55,048 bases of DNA from a virus. Its lineage: Duplodnaviria; Caudoviricetes. A model generated the notes under the pieces. It saw only the letters and a program-made list of their open reading frames with translations, made no database searches and had not been told where the DNA came from. The first letter of the stretch is position 1. Every line of letters starts with the position of its first letter. Shown here piece after piece: positions 1 through 9,224 of this stretch. Made by a program: the position numbers and the translations under genes. The stretch lies in IMG/VR virus record IMGVR_UViG_3300029448_000054, positions 1-55,048 of that record; one strand, given 5' to 3'.

Positions 1-392
1 TTACGGCATATTACCAGTTTTGGCTTATTGCCGCTATCCCAATCACGCCAAACGTGCTGTGGGCAATCCTTCATAATCAAATACTCGATTGCTTGCTCTT
101 CTGTCATTGCCTCGACAGGCTTTGTGTTATGGAGCAAGTAACCCCTAGTATGCTTCGTAAAGCCCTCTTCGGCTTCATCTTTAGCTAGTTCCCAGTATAC
201 CTGTACTGGTGGTAGGATGCCGCCCTGTAGCGCACAAGCCATCCAGTTAGGGTCAGGCACAAGTATCTTTGCACATTCGTCAATGCTGTCCTCATAGACT
301 ACACGATAGTCTGACTGCACACCGTCTAGGTTTTCCTTTGCCCAGCATAGGCGGTCAAATAGGTGTGTGCCTTGAAACTGTGGTGTTTCCAT
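1..392 (-). CDS. Tail-associated conserved phage protein, 3'-truncated by window edge
   Basis: Not in ORF track. ATG at 392 overlaps the upstream stop (TAATG); reads METPQFQGTHLFDRLCWAKENL...LVICR with no stop before base 1. Confidence 0.75.
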   Translation of the reverse strand, partial: METPQFQGTHLFDRLCWAKENLDGVQSDYRVVYEDSIDECAKILVPDPNWMACALQGGILPPVQVYWELAKDEAEEGFTKHTRGYLLHNTKPVEAMTEEQAIEYLIMKDCPQHVWRDWDSGNKPKLVICR

Positions 393-781
393 TATGCTAG
401 GTCTCCGTGTAATACTCTACAAGCTAGAGAAGGGTCTTCGGTTGAGGTGTTTGCGTAAGCATTAACATAAAGTGCAGCAGAAGTGGTTGGTGCTGTTCCT
501 GTATATGCTTGACTTAAACATTCTTGACTGTTGCTACCTTCTCCAGCCATTCCACTATGGCAATAATTAATATTCCCCATTAGTGAAGTTATTGTAAAAG
601 TCATAAGTCCAGTTCCTTCATCTGTAAAACTAGAGTGGTTAAATGAATCACGCACAACATTACTAGATTTTTGTTGAAAATTAATCCACGCCTTCGCACT
701 ACCCTGCACAACGTACTGCGTATCAAGTGACCCAGCGGTGCTGTGTTCTAGGGTATCTGCTTTGATTTTTCCTAGTGCCAT
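392..781 (-). CDS. Small tail-fibre-related protein, '...GDLA' paralog 3
   Basis: Shares IKADTL..TAGS, AKAW, DSFN.SS.TD and C-terminal GDLA with neighbours. Confidence 0.7.
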   Translation of the reverse strand: MALGKIKADTLEHSTAGSLDTQYVVQGSAKAWINFQQKSSNVVRDSFNHSSFTDEGTGLMTFTITSLMGNINYCHSGMAGEGSNSQECLSQAYTGTAPTTSAALYVNAYANTSTEDPSLACRVLHGDLA

Positions 782-1176
782 TATGCTAAATCCCCTGTCA
801 CCTGACTGCCAAGATACTCAGCATCAGCTAACGAACTCGCTTCAATTTCAGTGACTATTCTGTGTGCTGATGTTGTAATAAATGAACTGTCTTGCGGATA
901 ACATATGGGAACTTGGCTTTGAATAGCACAATTCATAGTTAATCCATAATGCTCACTTGCCATATTGTTAGAATAATTCATTGTTGCCTTTCCAGTCGCA
1001 GTGTCAGTTAAACTAGAAATATTAAATGAATCATCTACTGTTGTAACATCTACAGAACACCAAGCCTTCGCCAACCCCTGCTGCAAGTTAGTAGTCGTGC
1101 TATTACCTTCGCCTGTCACAACGATAGACCCAGCGGTGCTTGTGCCAGTGAGTTTGTCTGTTTTTATCTCACTCAT
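781..1176 (-). CDS. Small tail-fibre-related protein, '...GDLA' paralog 2
   Basis: IKTDKL..TAGS, AKAW, DSFNISSLTD, GDLA end; translationally coupled. Confidence 0.7.
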   Translation of the reverse strand: MSEIKTDKLTGTSTAGSIVVTGEGNSTTTNLQQGLAKAWCSVDVTTVDDSFNISSLTDTATGKATMNYSNNMASEHYGLTMNCAIQSQVPICYPQDSSFITTSAHRIVTEIEASSLADAEYLGSQVTGDLA

Positions 1177-1601
1177 GCTAGGTCTCCATGTGATGACATA
1201 TAATGGGCTGACAAATCTGTTCTAGCACCATTAGCACTAGCGTCAGAACCATAACCATAACTAGCGGATACAACTGATGCGCTTCTAGCCACACTACCAT
1301 CTTCGCCTGTCGTAGCTGCACCGCCTCTGTTTGCCGACACTCCATTTAAACTACCATCTGTAAATTCATCAAAAGCATCAGTTAAATTTATTTTGTTATC
1401 TACTGAACCAAACGCATTTGTTAGATTTGACCTAAATTGTCCTGCCGCACTATCTGTTGTGCTAGATGAATTTAACGTAAACCCTAGTACAGTTGCATTA
1501 ACTGCATCATAAGCAAATAAATGTTTTGGTGCATTTTGCTTCGTCAGCGTAGCCGCACCACCGCCTGTGCTTTGTATGGTATCTGCTTTTAATGTACTCA
1601 T
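1173..1601 (-). CDS. Small tail-fibre-related protein, '...GDLA' paralog 1
   Basis: LKADTI, N.SS.TD and GDLA end; ATGA overlaps on both sides. Confidence 0.7.
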   Translation of the reverse strand: MSTLKADTIQSTGGGAATLTKQNAPKHLFAYDAVNATVLGFTLNSSSTTDSAAGQFRSNLTNAFGSVDNKINLTDAFDEFTDGSLNGVSANRGGAATTGEDGSVARSASVVSASYGYGSDASANGARTDLSAHYMSSHGDLA

Positions 1602-2047
1602 AGCGTCACCAATGTTCCACCGCTTTCAACGGTTAATGTAACACCAGAAGCCACAGTAAACGGACCAGTTACGTTGGCGTTCTCTGTAGCTAGGATGGTT
1701 GTGTCTGCTGTAAGTGATTGTGCGTTAGTACGGAACAAGCCACCAGCCTTGAAGTTACCCTTGTTTTCAGCGGCTGGAGTGACCGTGCCTACTTGAGGAG
1801 ATAAGTAATTTACAAAGATATTGCCTGTACCAGAAGAAGGCGCGGCAGTAAATGTCAAAGTAGTGCCATCAGGAATAGTATAAGCATTGCTATCTTGAAC
1901 CACTCCATCTACAGAAACAAGTACATCTTGAACTGAAGAAACTGTCGTAGTTAAAGTAAAAGTTGTATCACTGCCATCACCATTAAAGCGTTGTACAACA
2001 GGGGTGCTTTCAAAAATCGTAGCAGGATTATTCCCATAATACGGCAT
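1598..2047 (-). CDS. Tail/virion structural protein
   Basis: FNGDGSDTTFTL...VSVDGVVQ...TLTFTAAP repeat unit typical of phage tail proteins. Confidence 0.7.
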   Translation of the reverse strand: MPYYGNNPATIFESTPVVQRFNGDGSDTTFTLTTTVSSVQDVLVSVDGVVQDSNAYTIPDGTTLTFTAAPSSGTGNIFVNYLSPQVGTVTPAAENKGNFKAGGLFRTNAQSLTADTTILATENANVTGPFTVASGVTLTVESGGTLVTL

Positions 2048-2376
2048 CAGGTGATCTCCATTATACTCGCTACTGTATCCAGACTATTCGCAGTATCCGA
2101 TTGCAGAATCAAGCTGTGGCCTGTTTCCATAACGATTTTGTTGCCACCCATATACTCAAAACTAGACGCGGCAGGGATAGGTATATCTTTAGCAAGATGT
2201 ACAACCTGTCCAGCATTGAGTTTTATATCCACAGTAATTTGGCTAGAAGACGTATTCGACAAAGTCAAACCAATAACAACCGTAGTAGTGCTACTTGGGA
2301 CAGTATATACCGTCATATCACTATTAGCTGTAGTGTTAGATCCGTTAAATACTTTGTTTTTAAAGGTGTTAGCCAT
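2047..2376 (-). CDS. Virion structural protein (hypothetical)
   Basis: Beta-rich Thr/Ser/Val composition, RBS, position in the tail operon. Confidence 0.6.
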   Translation of the reverse strand: MANTFKNKVFNGSNTTANSDMTVYTVPSSTTTVVIGLTLSNTSSSQITVDIKLNAGQVVHLAKDIPIPAASSFEYMGGNKIVMETGHSLILQSDTANSLDTVASIMEIT

Positions 2377-2388
2377 TGCTACCCCCTA

Positions 2389-2835
2389 TCAAACATCGTC
2401 TAAGAGAGCGGCTACAATACAAGTAACAGTTCCTGTAGAAGATATTGCATGAACATCAGCTACCGTGGCATTAGGCAATCTAGCAAAAAATGTTTCAGAA
2501 GGACCTACTGTAACCCCATCACCAGCAGAGCTAGAAGCAGTACCCGCATCAAACACCATATAAACGCTTGCTGTAGTGCTTTGGTTTTGAACAAATAAGA
2601 ACTTTACCTTATCGCCTGTTGCTACCGCAGTAGGAGCTGTATCATCATCTACCGCTGTGTAATCAAGAAAATAGCCAGCTATCAAATCAGTACTAGAATT
2701 AGAAACACTCGTCAATTTGTAATACCATTTATCATTAACATCTGCCGGAGCTACTGTTAGACTCCCTGATAAAGTGGTTGCTATCTCATCAGGCAACATT
2801 GTTGCCGAAATAGATACATTTGCTGAATCTGCCAT
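2389..2835 (-). CDS. Virion structural protein (hypothetical)
   Basis: AGGAG RBS; Ala/Ser/Thr-rich; in the tail operon. Confidence 0.55.
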   Translation of the reverse strand: MADSANVSISATMLPDEIATTLSGSLTVAPADVNDKWYYKLTSVSNSSTDLIAGYFLDYTAVDDDTAPTAVATGDKVKFLFVQNQSTTASVYMVFDAGTASSSAGDGVTVGPSETFFARLPNATVADVHAISSTGTVTCIVAALLDDV

Positions 2836-2844
2836 TATTAACTC

Positions 2845-3357
2845 CTATCCTAAAGCTATGGCTAAAGCGGTTGCCGTGCCAGCTACTCCAGCACTACTCC
2901 CTAAATTAAAAGTAGAGGCAACACTTGTAACTGCTCCTCCTGACCCAGCACCGTCACAAAAAACAATGTCTGATGTCCCATTTGGTATTGATACTGTTGC
3001 ACCCGAACCTTGTTGGATAGTAGCACTTCTACCACCTGTTAAAGAGTTTTGGATGATAAAAAACTTACTAGATGTATTCGGCGCAATCGTTACGACATTT
3101 GTGCCACCTAAATCAGAACCGCTATCTTTGAGGTTTATAACAGAAAACATTCCTGTCTGGACATTACTTTGCCCAGAAGTAGGGCTTGCAGCTCGTATCG
3201 TTAAATCTGTAGTTAAATCCGAAGCAGTTAAATCAGAAAAACCTGTTATTCGATCAAAAATATCAAAATTAAAATTGGTTACATCACCCCAAGTACCGGA
3301 GAGTTCACCTGAAGCCGGTTTTTCTATACCTATATTTGTACTGAATGAACTAGCCAT
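2845..3357 (-). CDS. Tail fibre N-terminal-like protein
   Basis: MASSFS..IEKP..GE.SGTWG..TN.N N-terminus typical of podovirus tail fibres; ends ATALAIALG. Confidence 0.6.
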   Translation of the reverse strand: MASSFSTNIGIEKPASGELSGTWGDVTNFNFDIFDRITGFSDLTASDLTTDLTIRAASPTSGQSNVQTGMFSVINLKDSGSDLGGTNVVTIAPNTSSKFFIIQNSLTGGRSATIQQGSGATVSIPNGTSDIVFCDGAGSGGAVTSVASTFNLGSSAGVAGTATALAIALG

Positions 3358-3366
3358 TTACTGCTC

Positions 3367-3996
3367 CTATGCCGCTATCTCTATCCAATTTGGAGTTTGA
3401 GAAGGAGTTTCCTCCGACCAAGCAGTTGTCGTTACCGTAACCGTTGTCCAATTTGGGTTCTGGCTAGGAACGATAGCTGAGTATATTTGAACTATACCAA
3501 CATTTCCTGTTACTGCAACCCCTGTAACATCAACTTCTATAGAAGGTACAGCATTTACTGAGCCAAGTGCGCTTGTAGCCGCTACGCCTGTGACAGCAAA
3601 AGAAGATGTACCAGTAACCGTTAAAGAGCCAAGTGCGCTTGTAGCCCCTACTCCTGTAGCAAGCACCAAAGCTGAAGCTGTGACTGCTTCTTCACCAAGA
3701 CTTATTGTAGCTACCGCGCCAACACCAACAACATTTGCAGAACAATTTGTTGTTTCTTCACCGAGTGCGCTAGTGCCAGCTACTCCTGTCGGCACGAGTA
3801 AAGATGTGCCTGTAACAGCTACTGAGCCAACCGCGCTTGTTGCCGCTACCCCTGTAACATTTACTTCTATAGAAGGGATAGCAAGGGCTGTACCGAGTGC
3901 GCTAGTGCCAGCTACTCCTGTGACAACGACGGGTATTGCTTGGTTCCAAGCCCCTTGATTCCAAGTTCCTCTGCCCCAACCCGTGATATTAGCCAC
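3367..3996 (-). CDS. Repetitive virion protein (V.TGV.ATSALG repeats)
   Basis: About seven imperfect ~21-aa repeats; Trp-rich N-terminus GWGRGTWNQGAW. Confidence 0.65.
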   Translation of the reverse strand: MANITGWGRGTWNQGAWNQAIPVVVTGVAGTSALGTALAIPSIEVNVTGVAATSAVGSVAVTGTSLLVPTGVAGTSALGEETTNCSANVVGVGAVATISLGEEAVTASALVLATGVGATSALGSLTVTGTSSFAVTGVAATSALGSVNAVPSIEVDVTGVAVTGNVGIVQIYSAIVPSQNPNWTTVTVTTTAWSEETPSQTPNWIEIAA

Positions 3997-4008
3997 AGTA
4001 TTACTCCA

Positions 4009-4461
4009 TTATGCTATACGGATAATGGCATTACTCGCATCTGCTGTTGGGAACTGAATAGTAAACGTCCCAGAAGTAGAGGTTTTGTTAGAGGTGAAAT
4101 CTAACACTGCTACTGCTTTATTACTATTTGTATCATTATAAATCAAAGCACCCATTGCTGTAATAGTAGCTGACGTAAAACTTAGGTCAACAAAATCAGT
4201 AAGTGCAGTTGTGCCTGATGTAGTTGGTGCAACTTTAGTAAGTGTGCCTCCACCAGTAGCATACGTTCCGCTAGAAGCTACCTCACCAGTAGTGGTAAAT
4301 GCGGTTGTTGTCGCGCCTAGTGTAGCTGTAGTGTTTGATTTGCCCCCACTACCCTCTGCATACAATGCCAATTTAAAAGCATTACCATTTGTTGCGAAAT
4401 TGTGTGTGCCTAGCATTAACTCTTGTTTAAATGCGGTACACAGTGCTTGTGCGATTGCCAT
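4009..4461 (-). CDS. Virion structural protein
   Basis: FKQEL..G.HNF...FKLALY...GTFTIQFP..DASNAIIRIA pattern, common in marine podovirus structural modules. Confidence 0.7.
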   Translation of the reverse strand: MAIAQALCTAFKQELMLGTHNFATNGNAFKLALYAEGSGGKSNTTATLGATTTAFTTTGEVASSGTYATGGGTLTKVAPTTSGTTALTDFVDLSFTSATITAMGALIYNDTNSNKAVAVLDFTSNKTSTSGTFTIQFPTADASNAIIRIA

Positions 4462-4748
4462 TACAGTCTCCCAATAGCTTCTGCTAATTCAATTTGTCCA
4501 GCTTCACGAACCTTCGCGCAAATACTAGCACGTTCTTCTTTCCTAGCCAACTCTATATAGTATTGCGCTAGATTTCTTACTCTATCCCTAAACGCCTCAG
4601 CTTGTAAACGTATTGGCTCGGGAGCATCATCAGATATGTAGATAAGTTTATTAGATAGCATTTCAGCTATTTGATCGTTTGATAAACCACCATTTTCGGA
4701 GGTCATTACATTAACAGAGCCCACTGTTCCCACGCTTAAATCAAACAT
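4461..4748 (-). CDS. Hypothetical protein
   Basis: ORF 4461..4778; likelier start MFDLSVG at 4748, downstream of GGAG. Confidence 0.6.
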   Translation of the reverse strand: MFDLSVGTVGSVNVMTSENGGLSNDQIAEMLSNKLIYISDDAPEPIRLQAEAFRDRVRNLAQYYIELARKEERASICAKVREAGQIELAEAIGRL

Positions 4749-5418
4749 GATCATGTCTCCCAAAAATGACTGGGTCACTCTCCACTGGCTCTGGTGGTTT
4801 AAACTCAGATTGTTTCATTATCATCAGACCGCCATCTTGAACTGTTTGTACAAAAGGATCCTCTAACCTATGATATCCATATAGTTTTTCATTCTCTGGC
4901 ACATTAGTATCTAAAAGCCCGGATCTATGTGCAACTTCTAATTTTATGCCTCTACTAGCAGCTATAGCGCACCAAAACTCTACACAAGCCCTGCCTGATT
5001 CAGCCGTATTTACATCTTTGTAAGTGAAATCTAAACCATACAAACAAAGGCAAGTTACTTTTTTCCATATTGCGTATGCTATTGCGTAAGCGACAGTATT
5101 ATTGAAATAACAATAGCCTAGCTCTGTGGCGACCTCTTTAAGAGGATAAAGTTTTAGTTGTTTAACTCTTTTATCTAGCTGACAAGTATAAATAGGGTTT
5201 TTATTTTTCTCTAAAAACTCTCTAGCTATACCTGTTTGAGCACTAGCGTTTTCCGTATCTAAAAACCTAGACACAGGATCCATCATAAACGTCTTATCAA
5301 CGTGGATTACAGCACCTATAGAATTAATGCCCCAAGTTTCGTCAAATTTTTCTGATGCGACTCTAGCAGAAATATAATCTGCATAGCTGCCACCTAAACC
5401 GACAATGGCAACTTTCAT
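4741..5418 (-). CDS. Rossmann-like putative transferase in the structural module
   Basis: N-terminal VAIVGLGGS, WGIN, NTVAYAIAYA, LYGLDF motifs, reminiscent of GT29/MAF-type nucleotide-sugar-binding folds (inference). Confidence 0.45.
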   Translation of the reverse strand: MKVAIVGLGGSYADYISARVASEKFDETWGINSIGAVIHVDKTFMMDPVSRFLDTENASAQTGIAREFLEKNKNPIYTCQLDKRVKQLKLYPLKEVATELGYCYFNNTVAYAIAYAIWKKVTCLCLYGLDFTYKDVNTAESGRACVEFWCAIAASRGIKLEVAHRSGLLDTNVPENEKLYGYHRLEDPFVQTVQDGGLMIMKQSEFKPPEPVESDPVIFGRHDHV

Positions 5419-6269
5419 GTTCTAGCCCTGCTAGGCAATCCTTGTCTGTATGCATCAGCATTTTCACGGGCTTCTGCTAAATCTTTAACCCTGCCTAATG
5501 ATTCTATAAAACGACCATTATACAAATCCATCATATCTTTTTCACCTTTCATAAAGGTGTACGCTTCTACTAAACAACCATACAGCATAGTGTTGGGCGC
5601 ATTTTCACTTAAATAAGTAAGAGTAGTATCAGCACTGGTAGAAACCACTGTCCCTGTCGCGCCACTTGTACTGCCTGTTATTGTTTCACCCACCGTGAAA
5701 TCAGTGCTTGGTATAATAATATCTAAAACAGTCGCACTAGTTATAGAAGATATAGTGGTTGTTGCCCCGCTCGTGCCACCTGTGATTGTTTCATTAGCTT
5801 GAAAAGTACCACTCACACTGCTTACTGTCAACTCAAATTTACTTTCGGTAAGACTAGCTGGTCTGTAGTAATAATGAAGTTCTGAACTAAACGCGGCATT
5901 CGGGGTGGGAGCTAAAATAAAATTTTGATAATCATACACCGCGTAATATTTAGGAACACCCGTGACAGAAGAATCAGGGTATGATTCCTGCAAATAATTT
6001 ACATCTTTTTGTAACAAAAATTCTTTAGAGGAGTTATTTGTAATGCTGACACTAAAAGCCGCTAAAAAATCTGTCGGCATACCTAAAAATTGGTTGCCAG
6101 AAGATAATGCACCTGTAGCGTTTTTGCGGAATACTTCTAAATCTACTGTCGTAAAAATACGTTGTTCTGTGGCTTTTACAAAATCAGATAAATGAGACAC
6201 AAAAGAAACTTCTGTGTTTTCCGTGTAATCTTTGATAGCGGTTTTTAACTGTGTATATGTAAAACTCAT
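5415..6269 (-). CDS. Tail tubular protein A/adaptor-like, with internal beta-repeat insertion
   Basis: TY.QLK.AI.DY.EN, P.DFL, G.PKYYA, APTP, LLYG-like motifs. Confidence 0.65.
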   Translation of the reverse strand: MSFTYTQLKTAIKDYTENTEVSFVSHLSDFVKATEQRIFTTVDLEVFRKNATGALSSGNQFLGMPTDFLAAFSVSITNNSSKEFLLQKDVNYLQESYPDSSVTGVPKYYAVYDYQNFILAPTPNAAFSSELHYYYRPASLTESKFELTVSSVSGTFQANETITGGTSGATTTISSITSATVLDIIIPSTDFTVGETITGSTSGATGTVVSTSADTTLTYLSENAPNTMLYGCLVEAYTFMKGEKDMMDLYNGRFIESLGRVKDLAEARENADAYRQGLPSRART

Positions 6270-6580
6270 GATATAACCACCGTAACTGTGCCGACACTTC
6301 CTGTTGCTTCGAAAGTAGTTAACTCTGCCCCTATGATGCCCAAACCAACATTAGTGTAAACTATAAATCTGTTATTGTCTTCTTTTACATCTGTTCTAGG
6401 TTGAAACAGTGCCTCTGCATCTGATCCCGTTTGCGTAGGCTCAAGCTGAGGTGCTTTAGGTTCAAAACACTCTGAGCAAACTTTAAAATTGTTCCATTCC
6501 TCTTTTAAAGAAAGATATGAATATCTAAACCCACACCTATCACAAATTGCTTGAGAATATTTTCCTAAAGCATACGACAT
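6266..6580 (-). CDS. Zn-finger (CxxC...CxxC) virion morphogenesis protein
   Basis: ICDRCGF...VCSECFEPK.PQL. Confidence 0.6.
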   Translation of the reverse strand: MSYALGKYSQAICDRCGFRYSYLSLKEEWNNFKVCSECFEPKAPQLEPTQTGSDAEALFQPRTDVKEDNNRFIVYTNVGLGIIGAELTTFEATGSVGTVTVVIS

Positions 6581-7257
6581 CAACTAAATCCATAATAATC
6601 TCGACGAGGAACCAAAGAAAGATTAGCTCTATCTACATCTTCATACGCAGCACGACTAAACTCTTCTTCATAAACTGCTTTAAGAATTTGTATACGATCA
6701 GGAGCTTTTTTCATAGCTAAGTAATATGCTAACCCCGCTGCTAAACAAGGGTAAAATCTAAACGGGACATCTAAAGTATTAATAGAAGAATCAGCATCTT
6801 CAATACGAGTTAATCTATCGTAGACTAGAGTATAAGAGGTATTCGGGGTAGGCCAAACTTTAATAGTGGGGGCTATTTGTCTATCAACATACCATTGACT
6901 AGGCTGAGCTTCAGTATTTTTGCTAGGGATGTTTATAAAAGCATCTCTACTTATCCTAGTTATTTGGGTATCTGATTGTGAGGAACCTGTACCTGTTCTT
7001 ATAACAGCACTCAAAATATCAATAGTATCGGTAGGTAATGAGTAAGTAGCTGTACCCGAAGTTAACGATAGAGTACTTTGTTCTATCGTCCACCTATTCA
7101 ACCCCCTGTTTGCCCAATCAGCAAACATAAGATTCAAAGAGCGGGTGGCTGTTCTCACATCATACCCTGTACGAACTTCTAAGCCACACCGCTCAAAAGC
7201 TTCTTCAATGTAGTCGTTTACATCAAGCTCAAAATCAGTTGACCCAGAGGTAGCCAT
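6580..7257 (-). CDS. Head-tail connector/adaptor protein
   Basis: IEEAFERCG..RSLNLMFADWANRGLN.WT, VWPTP, D.PFRF.PCL.AGLAYYL pattern; located between capsid and tail genes. Confidence 0.65.
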   Translation of the reverse strand: MATSGSTDFELDVNDYIEEAFERCGLEVRTGYDVRTATRSLNLMFADWANRGLNRWTIEQSTLSLTSGTATYSLPTDTIDILSAVIRTGTGSSQSDTQITRISRDAFINIPSKNTEAQPSQWYVDRQIAPTIKVWPTPNTSYTLVYDRLTRIEDADSSINTLDVPFRFYPCLAAGLAYYLAMKKAPDRIQILKAVYEEEFSRAAYEDVDRANLSLVPRRDYYGFS

Positions 7258-7427
7258 TAGCTATACGGACCTTTAATAATCTTAGGGTCGCCCATCTTTT
7301 TTACTTTATTGACAGCACCACCTTTAGACATTTTCATGACTTTATTGACAGCACCGCCTTTAGCCATTTTTTTCATTTTATTAACTGCCCCGCCTTTAGC
7401 GTACATCTTCTTTTTCATCTTCGCCAT
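7257..7427 (-). CDS. Small Lys/Met-rich basic protein with three KM.KGGAVNK repeats
   Basis: ORF 7257..7475; start uncertain (MAKMKKK). Repeats are also visible in the DNA at 7309-7400. Confidence 0.6.
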   Translation of the reverse strand: MAKMKKKMYAKGGAVNKMKKMAKGGAVNKVMKMSKGGAVNKVKKMGDPKIIKGPYS

Positions 7428-8109
7428 CTTCATTTTCCTCTTCTGCGTAGAGATTATCAAAGATCTGATTGACATCCATTGTATAGTCTAAATCAGACTT
7501 TGAATAGTGAATGTGTTGTGAGGGTTTAAATTGAGGAGCTCCCTCCCCTGTAACATACCATGCTGGGTGTGTTACTCTCACACGATTATTAGGCAAAGCC
7601 ACAATATTACCTGTCCATTCACCAGCATCTAATAACTCTAACACATGGCTTTGTTTGTGTTGAGCTGGATCATCTGCTACTTCACTATCTGTATAGTCAA
7701 CAGTAAAATAGTATTTTGCAGGGTAAAACTCACCATCGATTTTTGCAATCCAAGGGCAGGGTTTTGCTCTGTTCAGACTATACACGGCATGAGTATGCGA
7801 CATACAATCCCAAGGTTGTGCTTGGTATACATCCATAGGTCGAGGCCAACCCTCAAGTTGAGTATCACCGACCAAAGCTGTTATAGGCATTCTTGCCCAC
7901 ATAGCACCACCATGAACATTTTCTTCGTCGGTTTCATCACTCTCACAACCTGTGAATATAACTTGAAAACTCAAACATCTGTTTGGCATAGTTGTGACAG
8001 CTATTACCATTGCATGAAGAAACTCTCCATGGAAATTTTCGTGGTTGCAAGTATACTCCCGCCTTACCCAACATTTAAAGTAGGGGACGTTACTTGTTAA
8101 ATAGTTCAT
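7396..8109 (-). CDS. Conserved phage protein of unknown function
   Basis: 237-aa ORF, ATGA-coupled; motifs GAMWARMPI, QPWDC, HKQSHV, LPNNRVR. Confidence 0.75.
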   Translation of the reverse strand: MNYLTSNVPYFKCWVRREYTCNHENFHGEFLHAMVIAVTTMPNRCLSFQVIFTGCESDETDEENVHGGAMWARMPITALVGDTQLEGWPRPMDVYQAQPWDCMSHTHAVYSLNRAKPCPWIAKIDGEFYPAKYYFTVDYTDSEVADDPAQHKQSHVLELLDAGEWTGNIVALPNNRVRVTHPAWYVTGEGAPQFKPSQHIHYSKSDLDYTMDVNQIFDNLYAEEENEDGEDEKEDVR

Positions 8110-8381
8110 TTTTTCTTTTTATCCTCTTTCTTTTTTGGTTTTTTACCTTTTCCAAAAATATGAGCATCTACTTTAGCTGCTTTGCCGCCTGTTAGAACAC
8201 TGTTCACTCTAGCCATAGCCCATTGACTAGGGGTTGTCCCAGGACGATGCCCTGTCCGATAAGCAGCTAACCCTTTATTATAGACTCTTTGAAGCTGACC
8301 TGTCGTAACTTTTTTACCTTTTTTACGAGCAGCTTCAGCTTTTTTTGCTAGTGACGTTTTTGTTCCTGCGCTTAGTGCCAT
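8106..8381 (-). CDS. Basic hypothetical protein
   Basis: VY.KG.AAY.TGHRPG.T..QWAMARVNS motif; Lys-rich. Confidence 0.65.
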   Translation of the reverse strand: MALSAGTKTSLAKKAEAARKKGKKVTTGQLQRVYNKGLAAYRTGHRPGTTPSQWAMARVNSVLTGGKAAKVDAHIFGKGKKPKKKEDKKKK

Positions 8382-8495
8382 TAGCTTTTCCTTTCGTTTT
8401 AGCCGCAGTAATTATATCTGCACGAGTTATCTTGCCACGAGGAGGTGCAAAAGCCGCTAACTTTTTTTGCTTTGCAGATAATTTTTTTACCATGA

Positions 8496-8780
8496 CTATG
8501 TCTTTTTACCCCCAAACATTTTACGGAACTTTTTCGTATGCACGGATTCTTTCGTTTTCCTTCTAGCTCCTGACTTATTAGTATCACTTGGGAAAACATA
8601 AGCGGAAGGATCCTTTGCTGATTTTTTTGAATTACGTTGTATTTCTTTACGACGTTTTTTCTTATCTTCAGGACTTAACCCTGCAAGATATTTAGCAGGG
8701 ATTTTGCGTTTTGATTTTTTCTTGCGACTAGAGGGGGCAGTCTTAATCTGCTTTGCCATATTGCCTCTTGTCATAGCCAT
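8496..8780 (-). CDS. Basic hypothetical protein
   Basis: Lys/Arg-rich, IP.KYLAGLS..K; likely start MAMTRG at 8780. Confidence 0.6.
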   Translation of the reverse strand: MAMTRGNMAKQIKTAPSSRKKKSKRKIPAKYLAGLSPEDKKKRRKEIQRNSKKSAKDPSAYVFPSDTNKSGARRKTKESVHTKKFRKMFGGKKT

Positions 8781-8938
8781 TACATTATCCTCGGCACAGC
8801 CGCCGCTGCTATAATCAACACTGCTATGCCCCACAATCTCATATCTAATTTATCAAGTTGTTTTTGTATTTGGGCATAACGCTCACTGCAATCTGCCTCA
8901 TGCTTTTCTAACAACTTTAAAACATCATCTGCTTTCAT
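8780..8938 (-). CDS. Small coiled-coil protein with C-terminal membrane anchor
   Basis: MKADDV...HEADC.ERY..I..LD followed by a hydrophobic tail. Confidence 0.55.
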   Translation of the reverse strand: MKADDVLKLLEKHEADCSERYAQIQKQLDKLDMRLWGIAVLIIAAAAVPRIM

Positions 8939-8939
8939 G

Positions 8940-9224
8940 TCACCACGCCTTACATGACCAATACCGCGCACTAAATTTATCTTTAGCACTAGCACAATTA
9001 TGACGAGCCCTGAAAGATTTACGCCTTGCAGGGATGTCTTTTTTAATACTCATATTGGGGTCACCAAACCTCACAAGTTTTATTTGGTCACCTTTTTTAG
9101 CTAATACTGCTGATTTTTTCTTAGCTCCAGGAGTGCGTTTCGGTTTGTTGAATCCAGGAAAAGTCTCCCCTCGGTATGATATTTTACCGGAAGGAGTTCT
9201 TTTTACATCCTTTGCACTAGGCAT
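8940..9224 (-). CDS. Basic conserved phage protein
   Basis: LVRFGDPNM.IKK..PARRKSFRARHNC...ARYWSCKAW. Confidence 0.7.
   Translation of the reverse strand: MPSAKDVKRTPSGKISYRGETFPGFNKPKRTPGAKKKSAVLAKKGDQIKLVRFGDPNMSIKKDIPARRKSFRARHNCASAKDKFSARYWSCKAW

Noticed and set aside
3560-3925. Regularly spaced AGTGCGCT(A/T)GT repeats resembling a CRISPR array
   Set aside because: They are in-frame coding repeats (TSALG) of a virion protein, degenerate at wobble positions, with no cas genes nearby.
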